64,000 nucleotides of DNA, from contig OZ316893.1 of the NCBI GenBank assembly GCA_973895155.1, forward strand, positions 26,028,798 through 26,092,797, given 5' to 3'. Made by a program: the position numbers and the translations under genes. A model generated the notes under the pieces. The model searched no databases and was not told the origin of the DNA. It was given only the letters and a program-made list of their open reading frames with translations. This document shows, piece by piece, positions 48,633-60,415 of this stretch; positions within the stretch are counted from its first letter, which is position 1; the number at the start of each line of letters is the position of its first letter. Origin of the DNA: Marsupella aquatica (lineage: Eukaryota; Plantae; Marchantiophyta).

Positions 48633-51002
48633 ATGGCAGTCTCGAAGTCCTCGACACCAGCTCGCTCGAGGCCATCATCAGTGGACGCCCGCGGGAGAGA
48701 GAAGGAAGCGCGAGGAGCTGTGGCAGCAGGGGAGAAAGACGGGGCGCTAATGACGCAGCAGCAGCAGAGGAAAAGGACGGACAGTTTTTGGTGTAGATGC
48801 ATCAGTAGACCTTCGGCTGTGTCACCTCCACTGCAGAGGAAGCGGTCGGGTAGTGGAAAGGAGGGGGGCAAGAGCAGCAACAAGGGGAGCGGCGGGACTT
48901 TAGATGCGATTCTCTCAAAATCGTTGTCCCTGGAGTTTCGATCCGTGGATAATTTATTGCCGACGAACGAGAGGTCGACGAGGGAGAATGCCGGTTCCGG
49001 TTTTAACAGGTCGAGCTTCTTGTACTCGGGGGACGGGAATGGGAATAGTAACAATCACAAGACCTTGCTGGAAGTGAAGACAACGACGGGAGAGAATGGC
49101 ATTACGAAGAAATTCACGACTCTCGCCGAGGGAATTGACCTACGCAGCCCCTCGTCGCCGTTCCGCCCTCGCCTCTCGCCCGGGAAGGTTTCACCTCTCG
49201 TGGAGCACCTGCAGTCGACCGCTCCAGAGAGTCGTGCTGGCGATGGGAACAACAACAATTGTTCGATTGTAATGTCTCAGCCATCCTACACTTCCTACAG
49301 CAAATTCAATGGCTCCAATTCGAGCTTCGGGACCTCGCCCCCCGTGGACAGGATGAAAATGTCTCCCTCTCCTACTCTCTTTGAAATGATGTCCCATGAT
49401 CAGGACACTCACACGAAGCCATTGCTCAAGCACGACGCAGCTCAGCAGAATGGTGGACTGCAGCTCTCGTCGTCTGCATTGTCAGGGACCCCGAAGCAGC
49501 AGCCATCACTGCAAGACAAAGTGAGCGGGATTCTACAAGGAGGCTCTAGTCCCGGAAACCAGTTCAACGATGAGTACTCCAGCGACTTGAAGCTGACATT
49601 GAGAGGAAAGGACGGGTATAATGTGACAGTGAGCGTACACAGACACATCCTCGTGGCCAACAGCCGGTTTTTCGCGGCAAAATTGTCCGACAGGTGGTCC
49701 AAACAGCAGCACTCGTTACCTCATTTGGTTGAAATATCGGACTGCGAGGACGTGGAGCTGTACCTGGAGACCCTCCGCCTCATGTATTGCTGCGACTTGA
49801 AGCGCACTCTCATGAAGGAAACTGTCGTTCGGGTTCTCGGCATTCTCAAGGCGTGTACCATAATTGCATTGCATGCTACGACTTCATGCTATTGACACAG
49901 GCTAGGATTCACTTAGAATAACAAGTGTTGGGTTCGTTTTTTGAAACTGGGTCTGTTCAATGCATATTTAATTAGTTTCTGGGAATCTTGACGGGTTACG
50001 TTGTATGATCATTTTCAAGCGTCTGAACGGCAATTTTTTGGTTCACAGGTGTGTGCCGCAATTGTCTTCGAAGCAGGTGTAGTTTCATGCCTGGAGTTTC
50101 TGGAAGCCGTGCCATGGGCTGAAGACGAGGAGGAGAAGGTAAGGTCTTTGCTGTCACAATTACAGCTGGAGAGCGTCGGAGCTAATGAGGTGCTGAAGCG
50201 CTGCGCTGCTTTTGAAGCCACGAATTCCGAGGACATCCTTGTTCGCCTTCTGAATTCCGTAACGAGGGGAACAGATGAGAAGGCCAGAAGGGAAATGAAG
50301 AATCTGGTATCCAGAATGCTGCGTGAGAATGTGTCGCAGAACAGGGAGCACTTCGATGTGAGCAAGGAGAGTTTGTACAAGGCTTGTCAATGTTGCGTAG
50401 ATTCCATCCTACATCTCTTTATGCAAGCTACGAGCCCTGATTTCGTTTCCAAAAATTCCGAGGATAGAAGTGCTGTTTTTGCACAAATTGCTCGCCAGGC
50501 GGATAATCTGCACTGGCTTGTGGACATTCTGATTGACCGGCGCATAGCAGACGACTTGGTAAGACTATGGGCACACCAATCTGAGCTTGCAACTTTACAT
50601 ATGCAAGTTCCAACGATGTATCGGTACGAGGTCAGTCGTCTCACAGCTCGTTTCTGTATAGCCATAGGGAAGGGTCAGGTTGTATCCCCAAAGGATGTGA
50701 GATACATGTTACTTCAAACCTGGCTGCAGCCTCTTGTGGAGGATTTTGGGTGGATGCAACGATGCTGCAAGGTTCTCGACAAGAAGGTAGTAGAAGAGGG
50801 CATTAGTCAAACAATATTGACTCTCCCTCTCAAGCAGCAGCAGACGATTCTCTTGGCCTGGTTCGATCGGTTTTCAAATTGTGGTGACGACTGTCCCAAT
50901 CTACAAAAGGCGTTTGAGGTTTGGTGGAGGAGAATGTTTCTAAGACCTGGCAGCCTGGACGAAGACATGAATGTTCCTCTGCTTGAATCGCACATTTCAT
51001 AG
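48633..51002 (+). CDS. BTB/POZ domain protein of the At1g63850/At3g50780 family (~723 aa)
   Basis: Exons 48633-49850 (GC donor) and 50049-51002; 2172 nt, in frame. Motifs: SPSPTLFEMM, SPGNQFNDEYSSDLKLTL, VHRHILVANSRFFAAKLSDRW, SCLEFLEAVPWAEDEEEKV, IARQADNLHWLVDILIDR, WLQPLVEDFGWMQRC, VEEGISQTILTLPLKQQ, CPNLQKAFEVWWRR. Confidence 0.93.
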
Positions 51003-52503
51003 TGATTGAAACCGAGAATTATCGTTTAAGAAATTCACATCCTTAACGCGACTCTAGGAGTTCTGGACGCGCGCCATTGGTCTACAACCAACTGCAGGTT
51101 TAGGAGGCGATGGCTGTCCTCATCCGATGTGTTACATTCCGTATTGAAGTGCCGCTCGTAGTAACGCCTCGGGAAGAAATGACTGCTCATGACCAGAAGG
51201 ATAGCATGACTATATGTTATATTCCTCTCAGACAGAGGATCCAACTGGAGGAGAGTAAACGTCGACCTTGAAGCAGCCACCTGAATCGATCTCAGTGGAA
51301 TGACTCATATGTACTCATGGAATATGAATTAGCAGCACAAATACTCCTTGGGCGAGAGCCGCTCATTAGTGGTACAAAGAAGTGAGGAGGAATTCTAATT
51401 CTTGCAGCAGAAATACTTCTTAGGTAAGAGGTCAGCTCTCTTTATCGATCCGGCTCTTCCACCGGTGGAGGGTTCTTAACTTAGGCAACCGATGGTCAAT
51501 TCGACCAGAGGTGGTACCTTCTTGTAAAGCAGCTAAAGTCATAGAGTGATGACTTTAGTTCAATCTTCAGAGCTGTCCAGCGGCCTTAGATGTGGGAGAG
51601 GTAATGTTGCCGTGAGTCGTATAGGATCAGAATCTTCAAGAGCTCGAGGGAAGAAAACCACGTACATTCTGTATAGCTGAGATGAGACGAGATCGAAAAA
51701 GACCTGGTCTGCCTTTTGACCTGATGCCATTTTGTAACAACAGACCCACAACAAGCCTTCTTTGTTGTGTACAATAGTTTTTGAAATTAGCGGTTACGTA
51801 CGTAGTGAATGGTGAATCATATCTCTATTCAGCGACCGGACTTCAAGCTGGTCAGAAATATTATGAAAAACCTTGGGGCCCGGCATGCTTTGTATCCATG
51901 CCATTAGATTTACTGTCGACTGATTTTGATGCAGCTGTAGATATATCTCGCTTCTGTCGTATTTCTATCTCTGTCCTGAATCGTGTAGTTAATCCGGCGA
52001 GTTTCATCGCAGGTTGTTAATGATCATTCTTGGATTATGCATCAATCCAGATTTCCTCAAAAGTGGCAGTGGTTTTCCGATGTTCTTTCGGGTACCAAAG
52101 CGGTAGGCATCCGCCAACACTTCGACAAATTGTGGCACTACGGAAGAGATTTCGGGTTTTTGGTGATCAATTTGGTCGACTTTCCTAATCAATCCATTTT
52201 TGTAATTCCTTGAAGCTTGAAAAGATGCTTGCTGTAGGTGTTTGCTCTAATCTCAGGTTGAACGGAGGTTGAATTTCAACTACATCGATAATTTCAAACT
52301 TTTTGTAGCGTAGAACTTACTTCAGTGCAATTTTCCCTCCACTATTCAAAAGGTTCGATGAGGACTCGGGGAAATCGCCATCTGCTTTTAGGATTAAACA
52401 GCATGGAATCTCTCTTGCACCGTAAAAAGTATGATTCCCAGAATTATACACATATCCAATTGCGAAAGAACAATAAACGCCAAACGACGTCATTCCAAAG
52501 ACC

Positions 52504-52725
52504 GGAGACCCACTAAAATGGGGCCAACAGAAACAAAAGGGGCAGGCATCTCAAAGAAAGGAGACCCACTAAAATGGGGGCAAACAGAATCAAAAGGGAC
52601 CAGGCATCTCAAAGAAAGGAGACCCAATAAAATGGGGGCAAACAGAAACAAAAGGGACCAGGCATCTCAAAGAAAGGAGACCCAATAAAATGAGGCCAAA
52701 CAGAAACAAAAGGGGCCAGTCATCT
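52504..52725. repeat. ~57-bp tandem repeat, about 4 copies
   Basis: ggagaccca(c/a)taaaatggggg..aacagaa.caaaaggg.c.aggcatctcaaagaaa at 52504, 52560, 52618 and 52676. Confidence 0.9.
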
Positions 52726-52798
52726 CAGTCATGTCGACTAAGACTGGCCTACCATGACTCAGATTCCAGTCATGGTATCCCAGTCTTCTTCATGACCC

Positions 52799-53098
52799 TT
52801 TTCTTTTCTTGCTTGTTCCTAGGAACAAGACAGCCTCCCTCAGCTTCATAAAAAAGGGCTGAAAACAAGATTAATTCAGGGAGACTACTGTAGTTCCTTC
52901 TCTTTTCTTTTCTTGCTTGTTCCTAGGAACAAGGCAGCCTCCCTCAGCTTCATAAAAAGGGCTGAAAAAGAAGATTAATTCAGGGAGACTAGTTTCTGGA
53001 TATTCATTAATGACAAACAAGTTGACTAGTTTCTGGAAATTCACTAATGACAAACAAGTTTACTAGTTTTGGAAAGTCATTAATGACTATTTTTGGAT
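52799..53098. repeat. ~90-bp direct repeat with an internal 18-bp palindrome, followed by about three ~37-bp tandem units
   Basis: ttttcttttcttgcttgttcctaggaacaag...ttaattcagggagacta at ~52799 and ~52903; then gactagttt(c)tgga...taatgacaaacaagtt units. Confidence 0.85.
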
Positions 53099-53899
53099 GT
53101 CTGTTGCCCACCGTTGCCGGCAAATATCAGAAAATGGTCAATGCTTTTCTAAGTGTCTCAAGCCTTGGTTGGGTTCGTGTAAAAAGCAATATTTTTGCAG
53201 AAGTATTCAAGCTCTGCAACTCAGCTTACTCTACCACTATGTTAGAGCCTGCTGGACGAATGTGGTTAATTTTTGGTGTTATCTTATTACCATCTAATTT
53301 TTGGTGTTATCTTATTACCATCCCGCATAGTTCAGGCAACGCATAATTCAGGCAGCAGGTATGAGAGTCATAAAAAAATATACCAAGAGAGAAAAATTGA
53401 TTCATGTCTCCCAGAAGGAGCAAAGTAGTCACTGGCACTGGTTTGCCAATATGAGGGAAATGACTTCTCTGGTCAACTGAGTTCATGCGACAGATCCAAT
53501 GACAACCAGTGCCCTATAATTATGACACTAGGGGGAGAAGGGGTGCAGCTGAGAACATAGCATTATGAGACGCCATAAACCAGGTCTTTGGTATTAATCA
53601 GACTATGGTCAACAGTACCTGCGTACATTATGGTCTCAAGGTCTGCATAATTATACCAAGTCTCCTTCAGACCAGGCATAAAATACTGAGCATACTAAGA
53701 ACTTCCCCCAAAAGGTGACAGAAGATGTGGCTGAGAACTCTGTCGCCAGGCATGCTTATTTATTGATCAAGGAGCTGAGGGCTGATCTGGGCTGGTAGCT
53801 TAATTGATTGGGTGGGCTGTGTTCTTTGTGGGACGTACAGACACCATCTCTCTCAGAAATCTCCCTCCCTCTCCAAACTCCATGCCATTGACTCACTTT

Positions 53900-53902
<3 letters not shown>

Positions 53903-53943
<41 letters not shown>
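53903..53943. repeat. (TC)n microsatellite
   Basis: About 20 TC units. Confidence 0.95.
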
Positions 53944-53947
<4 letters not shown>

Positions 53948-54299
53948 ACTTGCAAGAGAGTCCTTCCAATACTATCAAAAGTTCCACAAAAATTCAAAAA
54001 GGAATGTAGCAAGTGGTTATCTTTGGTATACTCAACTGGTGATGTGGATAACTTACATGTGCATTATTCAATGACTTGATGTTTAGCTGGACGCTTTAAT
54101 TAAATAATATAGGGCACCTTTGATACTGATGCAATTGAAGTTCTCAAGAAGGCTTTCTCCACTTGAACCTGCCCCAATGGCCTTGTTCATTATCTGGGAG
54201 CTCAATTCCAGCAAGTCAAAAAGTGGCAAGCATTCAATTCTAGCTTGGTCCCAATAACTTGGTCTAAACTTAGAGGAAAAGAAAGGTTGTGATCAGCCC

Positions 54300-56674
54300 T
54301 TATGGGAACTGGAGGATGCTGTTGAGGAGCGAGTTGAAATCATAGCGAAATCTTGTGGCCCTCATATTGATCTTTGACAACTTCTTTCGATGTGCTTTAT
54401 TGAGCACTTTATCCAACAGGGTGGTGATGTCAGATGCTGTGAAGAAAGCCACACACCGTCGTGGTTCAGGGAACTGCCCGTTGCCGTCGCCAGCTCGTAG
54501 CTTTGTGCCATCTGCGAAGTCGGCTGCCGTCAACGGCAGCACGACATGCCGCCCCTTCAAGCTATTTGCGAACCACTCAGTCAGGTTGGCCAGCACAGTC
54601 GTCGCTAGCCTATCAAGTTCCATGTGAAAGTGCTTTGCACATACTGTTGCAATGTCCTCAACACCCTGAGCCCCCTCTTTCCCTGGCTCCACCTCTTCTC
54701 CATCAGCTGCTGGGAACAGGCAGTGGTCTGCCGTTGCCCCCATCAATAGTGCTTTGCCATCACTGCATACACCACAATGATCAACCCCCTCATTAGCACT
54801 CGAGGGTCTCACACCCAACACTTTGAAAAAATTCACAAGTCAGAGCAGAGGTAAACATATTGTGTACAATATAGACCATCACCCAGGTGAAACTTGTTGC
54901 AACCACATAATTATCCAAATTGTGTTAGCTGTGACATTCAAATTCAAAGCAATTTGGTGATTTATGAGTTATTAGGTCTAAAAATTGATCAAGGATTGAC
55001 AGAGAAATGTAATAAAATTTTATGGTCATTGGCCAATCAAAGTTGCTGCAGTTTTGAGTTAGCTCAAAAGCCGGTCCTCAGAAAAAAGACCCGGTATATA
55101 GCACCATGTTTGACAAAGAACTTGGATCATGGACTATCACATTAATCAACATGATGGATAGTCTTCAAACATTACATTCTACCCTGGTCCTTTGGTCCAA
55201 AGTGGTGGTGCACTTGGGCATCAACCACTTTTGTCACTAACCATAACCAAATAAGTGTTTACCTCTTCTTACCTAATGAGACCCCTAATGTGAATGTATT
55301 ACCATGCAGCATGGCTCACACCTATCCATACTAGTCCAAATTCTCGTGCATATGCACAGGAAGGTTAAGGCTCCCCAACCCCAACTCTCATGCCCGTCCC
55401 TGCTCACAAGGATAGTCTAAATAATTATTTATCAAGATTTTCTGTTCCCAATATACTCTAAGACATAAACTGTCGATGTCAGATTTTAATAGTGAATTAT
55501 AGGATAATAAATCCAGCACCACACAAACTCTCATGCCCGTCCCTACTCACACAAATAGTCTAAATAATTACTTTTCAAGATTTTCTGTTCCCAGATTATT
55601 ACACTCTAAGACATGGACAGTCAATTTCAGATTTCAATAGTGAATTACAGTATAATATATCCAGCAAAACACAAAGTTACAAGAAAAGCTAGTAAACATG
55701 ACTGTTTACTTGTATTGACACCTACACTTTACATCTTACACAAGAAGTCTCTCAATCACATCTGTCAAACGCAACTGACTGACAGTAAGGTCAGTGCTTC
55801 ATCAGTCACTCTGCGGGTAGGGACAATCCTGAGAGGAAGCTCGCTCAATCCGTGCAAAACGATGTCAATAAGTATGACGGCGGACACACCCGCAAAATCA
55901 CGCCAGATCCCAGATTATCAACGTGCAAAATGGCACGAAAAGATTGACACAGCACTGTATTGTCATCTAGTCGGGATTGAGTCAGTCAGTGAGAGTTCTT
56001 CGTTCTAATTATGTTCTTTCTTCAGTGGACAGATATGGCGAATATGGGCTTAAGTTTCTTGCACGAGACTCGTCGTTCATCAACTCACAAGAGATGATGT
56101 GTGGCAAGTTACAAGAGTACGCAGGCAACGACCCCTTGCAATGGGCTGTCTATATGATTATGGTCGACAGTCAGATCCTACAGAATGAATGAGGGGGTCA
56201 CAATTTGAGTGACTTGCAAGAATGAGACCAAATCATACAACTCAGTTACAATTTCTATCAAATGATACATAGTGTGGAGTTACAATATATAGGGAATTAA
56301 AAAATACTGTTCACGCAGGCACAACAGCTCAATTATGGAATCGATGGTGCGGCAGGTAGAGACAGAGAGTGAGGGTCAGACCTGGTGATGATGTTGGAGG
56401 AGAGCGCGTTAAGGCTGGGGTTCTGGAGGTTGAATATGGGGGGAACAGACTTGTGCCCCTTGAAACGGAAGTCACAGTTCTCCAAAGGCAACGTGTAGTC
56501 CTCAGCCTTGTTCTTCACCTGCGCCAATCCTCTTTCCGCCGTGACAACATCCAAGGTCGACGCTACAACCAGCCACAAAAGACTCGACATCCCCAACCAC
56601 GTCCCCAACTCCCGGACTCTCTCTCCTGTGCCCATTCCTTCTGTACACCTCAAATCAACGTCTGTGCTCGTCAC
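54300..56674 (-). pseudogene. Putative decayed or spliced DDE transposase-like gene (hAT/MULE-like D...CxxH signature)
   Basis: ORF 54836-54300: FFKVLGV...CGVCSDGKALLMGA...FP...TVCAKHFH. Segment ~55900-55780: VILIDIV...LPLRIVPTRRVTDEALTLL. Upstream ORF 56674-56333 and a CT-rich leader at ~57170-56870. Repeat arrays on both sides. Motif resemblance only. Confidence 0.3.
55383..55665. repeat. ~140-bp direct duplication
   Basis: aactctcatgcccgtccct...atagtctaaataatta...caagattttctgttccca...ctctaagacat at ~55383 and ~55526. Confidence 0.85.
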
Positions 56675-57584
56675 AGTGCTTAATTAACTTGACAATTCCG
56701 TTAATTCGGTCGGACCCTCTCCTCAGCTACACTCTAGCAAAGACTCTTGATCTGGGCACCTCCAGAAGTTCTCCTCAGAACTTCATTACAATGCCTCCAC
56801 CTCATTCATGTGGCGCTCGATTCGGAGCTGGCCGGCACAATGCAAGTACTGTACTCCTGATTGTGAGCTAGAGGAAGCGAGTCACAGAGAGAGCAAAACA
56901 GAATGAAAAGTGTGTTGAGCAATGACCTCTCAGATATGGGAAGAAAAGCAAGACGAGGAGAGAGGGAGATCGAGAGCATAGATCTCAGGAACAGAATTAC
57001 CAAAAGTTCCAGCGAGAATGAGTTCTCAATCTCCACTGAACCGGAACTCAAGAATGATAGGGAGAGAAAAGAGGAGAGTGAGAGGAGAGGAGAGAAAAGA
57101 AAAGAAGTGACTGAGAGAGCCTCGATCTCAGCAAAACTCCATCTCCATCTGAGTCTCAATCTCGACTGAACGATCGGATTCACGGGAAGGAAGTTAGAGC
57201 ACAAGGGACACAATTATAATTCTAAGCCCACTATTTTTCTGCCGCGAGTTCCACTCTAACGGCACTGTGCCGAGAGGTCCTACCCCATGCAAGAGCATTT
57301 CTCCGCCAGCTCTGCGCCATACAAGGACATTCTGCGGCTCGGAACGGCGGAGGTTGGGCTCGGCAGTCTAAAGGGACGCTCGGGAGCCGGCCGACCCGCG
57401 AACCGTTGCGGCCGAGCCTGGTGCCGAAGGTCAGGAACGGACGGGACTGGGGAGTTAAAGGCTGGTGGTTAGTTAGAGTAAACTCGGTTACCGTGGTGAG
57501 GACTGTGGTAACGCTTCTTCGGGGGCGCAGATGGGCCAAGAAAGGGGCTGCTCATGCCCCTTCGATTGGCCACGTCGGCCGCCC

Positions 57585-58810
57585 CTCTGTCCACCACCCC
57601 ACCGGCGGTTTCATGCGACACTCACCCCTGAAACCGCTTCTGGCTTTACACCTTGTTACACATATAATTCAGCGGTTTGGACTTCTTTACCCCGTTCTTT
57701 ACACTGCGTTCGCAATCCAGCGTTTTTGGACTTACACTGCAATTCAGCGTTTTGGAGTTTACACTGTGTTTGGACTTCTTTACCCCGTTCTTTACACTGT
57801 GTTCCATTATTTGCAATCCAGCATTTTTGAACTTACACTGCAATTCAACGTTTTGGAGTTTACACTGTGTTACATTAATGCAATCCGGCTCTTTGGAATT
57901 TACACTGTGTTACACTGCAATCCAGCCTCTCCTTTACATTGTGTTACACTGCAACTCAGCCTTTCCATCTTTACACTGTGTTACACTTTCTTTTTAATGA
58001 TGTTTGGGAGGGACAGTGGGGACCATCAAGTTTAATGCAAGTTCAACTCTGTCCACCACTCCACCGGCCGTTTCATGTGACACTCACCCCTGAAACTGCT
58101 TCTGACTTTACACCTTGTTACACATATAATTCAACGGTTTGGACTTCTTTACATTGTGTTACATTATTTGCAATCCAGCATTTTGGACTTACATGAGGGC
58201 GTCTTAAATACAATGGATTTTTGCATGTGACCTGGTCCAGGAGTGTTGTGATCTGGGGCAATGGGAATGACTTGTTGGGCACAGAATGTGAGGCCCGACC
58301 AGTCACACCCGGGAGCCGTGGCTGAAACTGAGGGCCGACTGCTACGAGGAGGGGACCCGATTTCAGTGTGTTCATTGACTCACATTGCAATTTTCACACA
58401 CTGTCACAACCCCTCTCAAATCTGAGAGCCCAAAAATATCACTGCCTGGCTATACCCAGTTTTGGTGCGCCCGAGTGCATCGTGGGAGGCCCATGAGGTG
58501 GGTTTTTTGAATATTTGAGATACCCTACTGCAAATCAGCATTTTGGACTTTTACACTGTGTTACACTTATTGCAATCCAGTTCTTTGTTCTTTACACTGT
58601 GTTACACTGCAATCCAGCCTCTTGGACTTTATACTGTGTTACACTGCAATTCAGCCTTTCGGACTATACATCTGTGTTGCACCTGCAGCCAACGTTTTGG
58701 GCTTTATACTGTGTTACACTAAAAACCAGCCTTTCAGACTCTAAGCCCTACAACCCTGCAATCCAGCCTTTCAGTCTTTACACTGTGTTACACTTTAGTT
58801 TTAACAATGT
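57585..58810. repeat. Array of TTACACTG(TG/CA) short repeats plus a ~100-bp duplication; resembles transposon subterminal repeats
   Basis: Many ttacactgtgttacact/ttacactgcaatccagc units at 57645-57990, 58105-58195 and 58540-58800. Block ctctgtccaccac...cactcacccctgaaac at ~57585 and ~58047. Confidence 0.85.
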
Positions 58811-60415
58811 TTGGGAGGGGGGCAATGAAGTTTTTAGCACAAGTTCAACGTAAAATATTATTTGTAAGTCTTTCTAGATTATAATGCAAGATTGTCTCCC
58901 AAACATCATTATATAGGCTTCTTTTCCCATTTTGGGTATGCAAGAGCTTCTTTATATAAATGGTCATGATTGAGGTTCCTAAGATTTGCTTGTCCACCTA
59001 ATTTGAACGGGGATAATTAGACATTTTGGTTCATCCAAGCATCAGTTTTCCAAAACTGTTTTCCAGAGTGGTGGCCATCTTCTAGGATTTAACCTGAACT
59101 TTTAGATCTGAAGAATAACTCCTTCATTTGGGAGGTATTTGGCAACGGTACTGAAAAATTCTGATTTAAACCTTTCTAGCGCTCTCCAAGGGAAATCTGG
59201 AGTAAAGCATTTGGCATTTGGCCAACAATAAAGTTTCAGGGTCAAAGCCCCCAATGTGCCATTGATACAAATCTCTAGTGAACATGGAAAATGTCCACTC
59301 AATCCTGTCAAAGGTGAAGCCTTAACTGGCACAAGGCCTGGCTTGATTTTAACTTTTAATTTGATTTTCTTCAAATTTATATAGTGAGTAGGTCCCCAAG
59401 CTAGACAGCACCATAAAAAAGTCTCAACCCAAACTAACCTGAAACCTGAAACTCTGTAGAATTTTGCCATACTGGTTAGAGTTTATGATAGAGATGGAAT
59501 TTCGGGAAAGTTTGGCACTAAGAAACAAGGTCGCTGACTATGTTGCAAAGTCACCAATAACATTTTTCGAAACATTTTTCAGGGACACTGCAATGTCAAA
59601 TAGGTTCGGGAATGACCGTAGCTTGGGTTATTAGAGTTTACCATAATCCAGCCTTGGGCCTTGATTAATGGATTCTCACATATCCTGTCAAGTGTTTAGT
59701 TTTGAATTACTGTAGTAACTGAGGGGACTATCGCCTTCGTGCACAACATGGAAATTTAGATCCCAGTCACAAAATTTTCAGCAGATTTTTTCGGAGAGGC
59801 CATAGAAAAATTTCCAATACAAATTACCAGCATATTGATAATAAACACTGCTGTATACCATTGTTTTTCAAAGTAAAAAGAACGAAATCCAAAGAAAACC
59901 TTTCGATCATTTTCTTCTTTCTTGTTGTCCTGTACCTCGAAGTTCTGAACCCACACCAGTTGTACCTGAAAAACGTGTTTCATTGACACTCTTCGAAATC
60001 TGCAGATATAATTTTCCTTATTGTGACATTGGCACTTACACAGTGCTCCACTATTAGCAATAGGCCATAACAATCCCACGGCATTAGAGGATTCACAGAT
60101 TCCCTGCCATAACATTCCAATGATACCCCCTTAGCTGTCAAAAATTATTCACAGCCAAGCTGTGACAGCACAGTTTGTAAAACTGTCAATCTACATTTAG
60201 AAAACGCCTCCCTGCCTTTCATAGGCAGACTTGGGTTGCTGATGTAGGACATCAAGCGGGAAGCTAAATGTAAATAAGAACTGAGCTATTCAATTTATAC
60301 TACATGTGTAATTTTCAGTTTTCATTTGTAATGTATCTGTAGTGCTCCTGAGGCTGTGCTTCACTTTAGTCTCGCAATGATTAAAAAAAGAAGTTCTGAG
60401 ACTGCTAGGATGGAA

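Noticed and set aside
52431-52688. 85-aa ORF with repeated KMG..ETKG motifs
   Set aside because: Translation of the 57-bp tandem repeat.
57585-58810. Repeat array considered as CRISPR-like, and the ORFs spanning it
   Set aside because: Repeats are short and degenerate with no unique fixed-length spacers, there are no cas genes, and the context is eukaryotic. The ORFs are low-complexity translations of the repeat.
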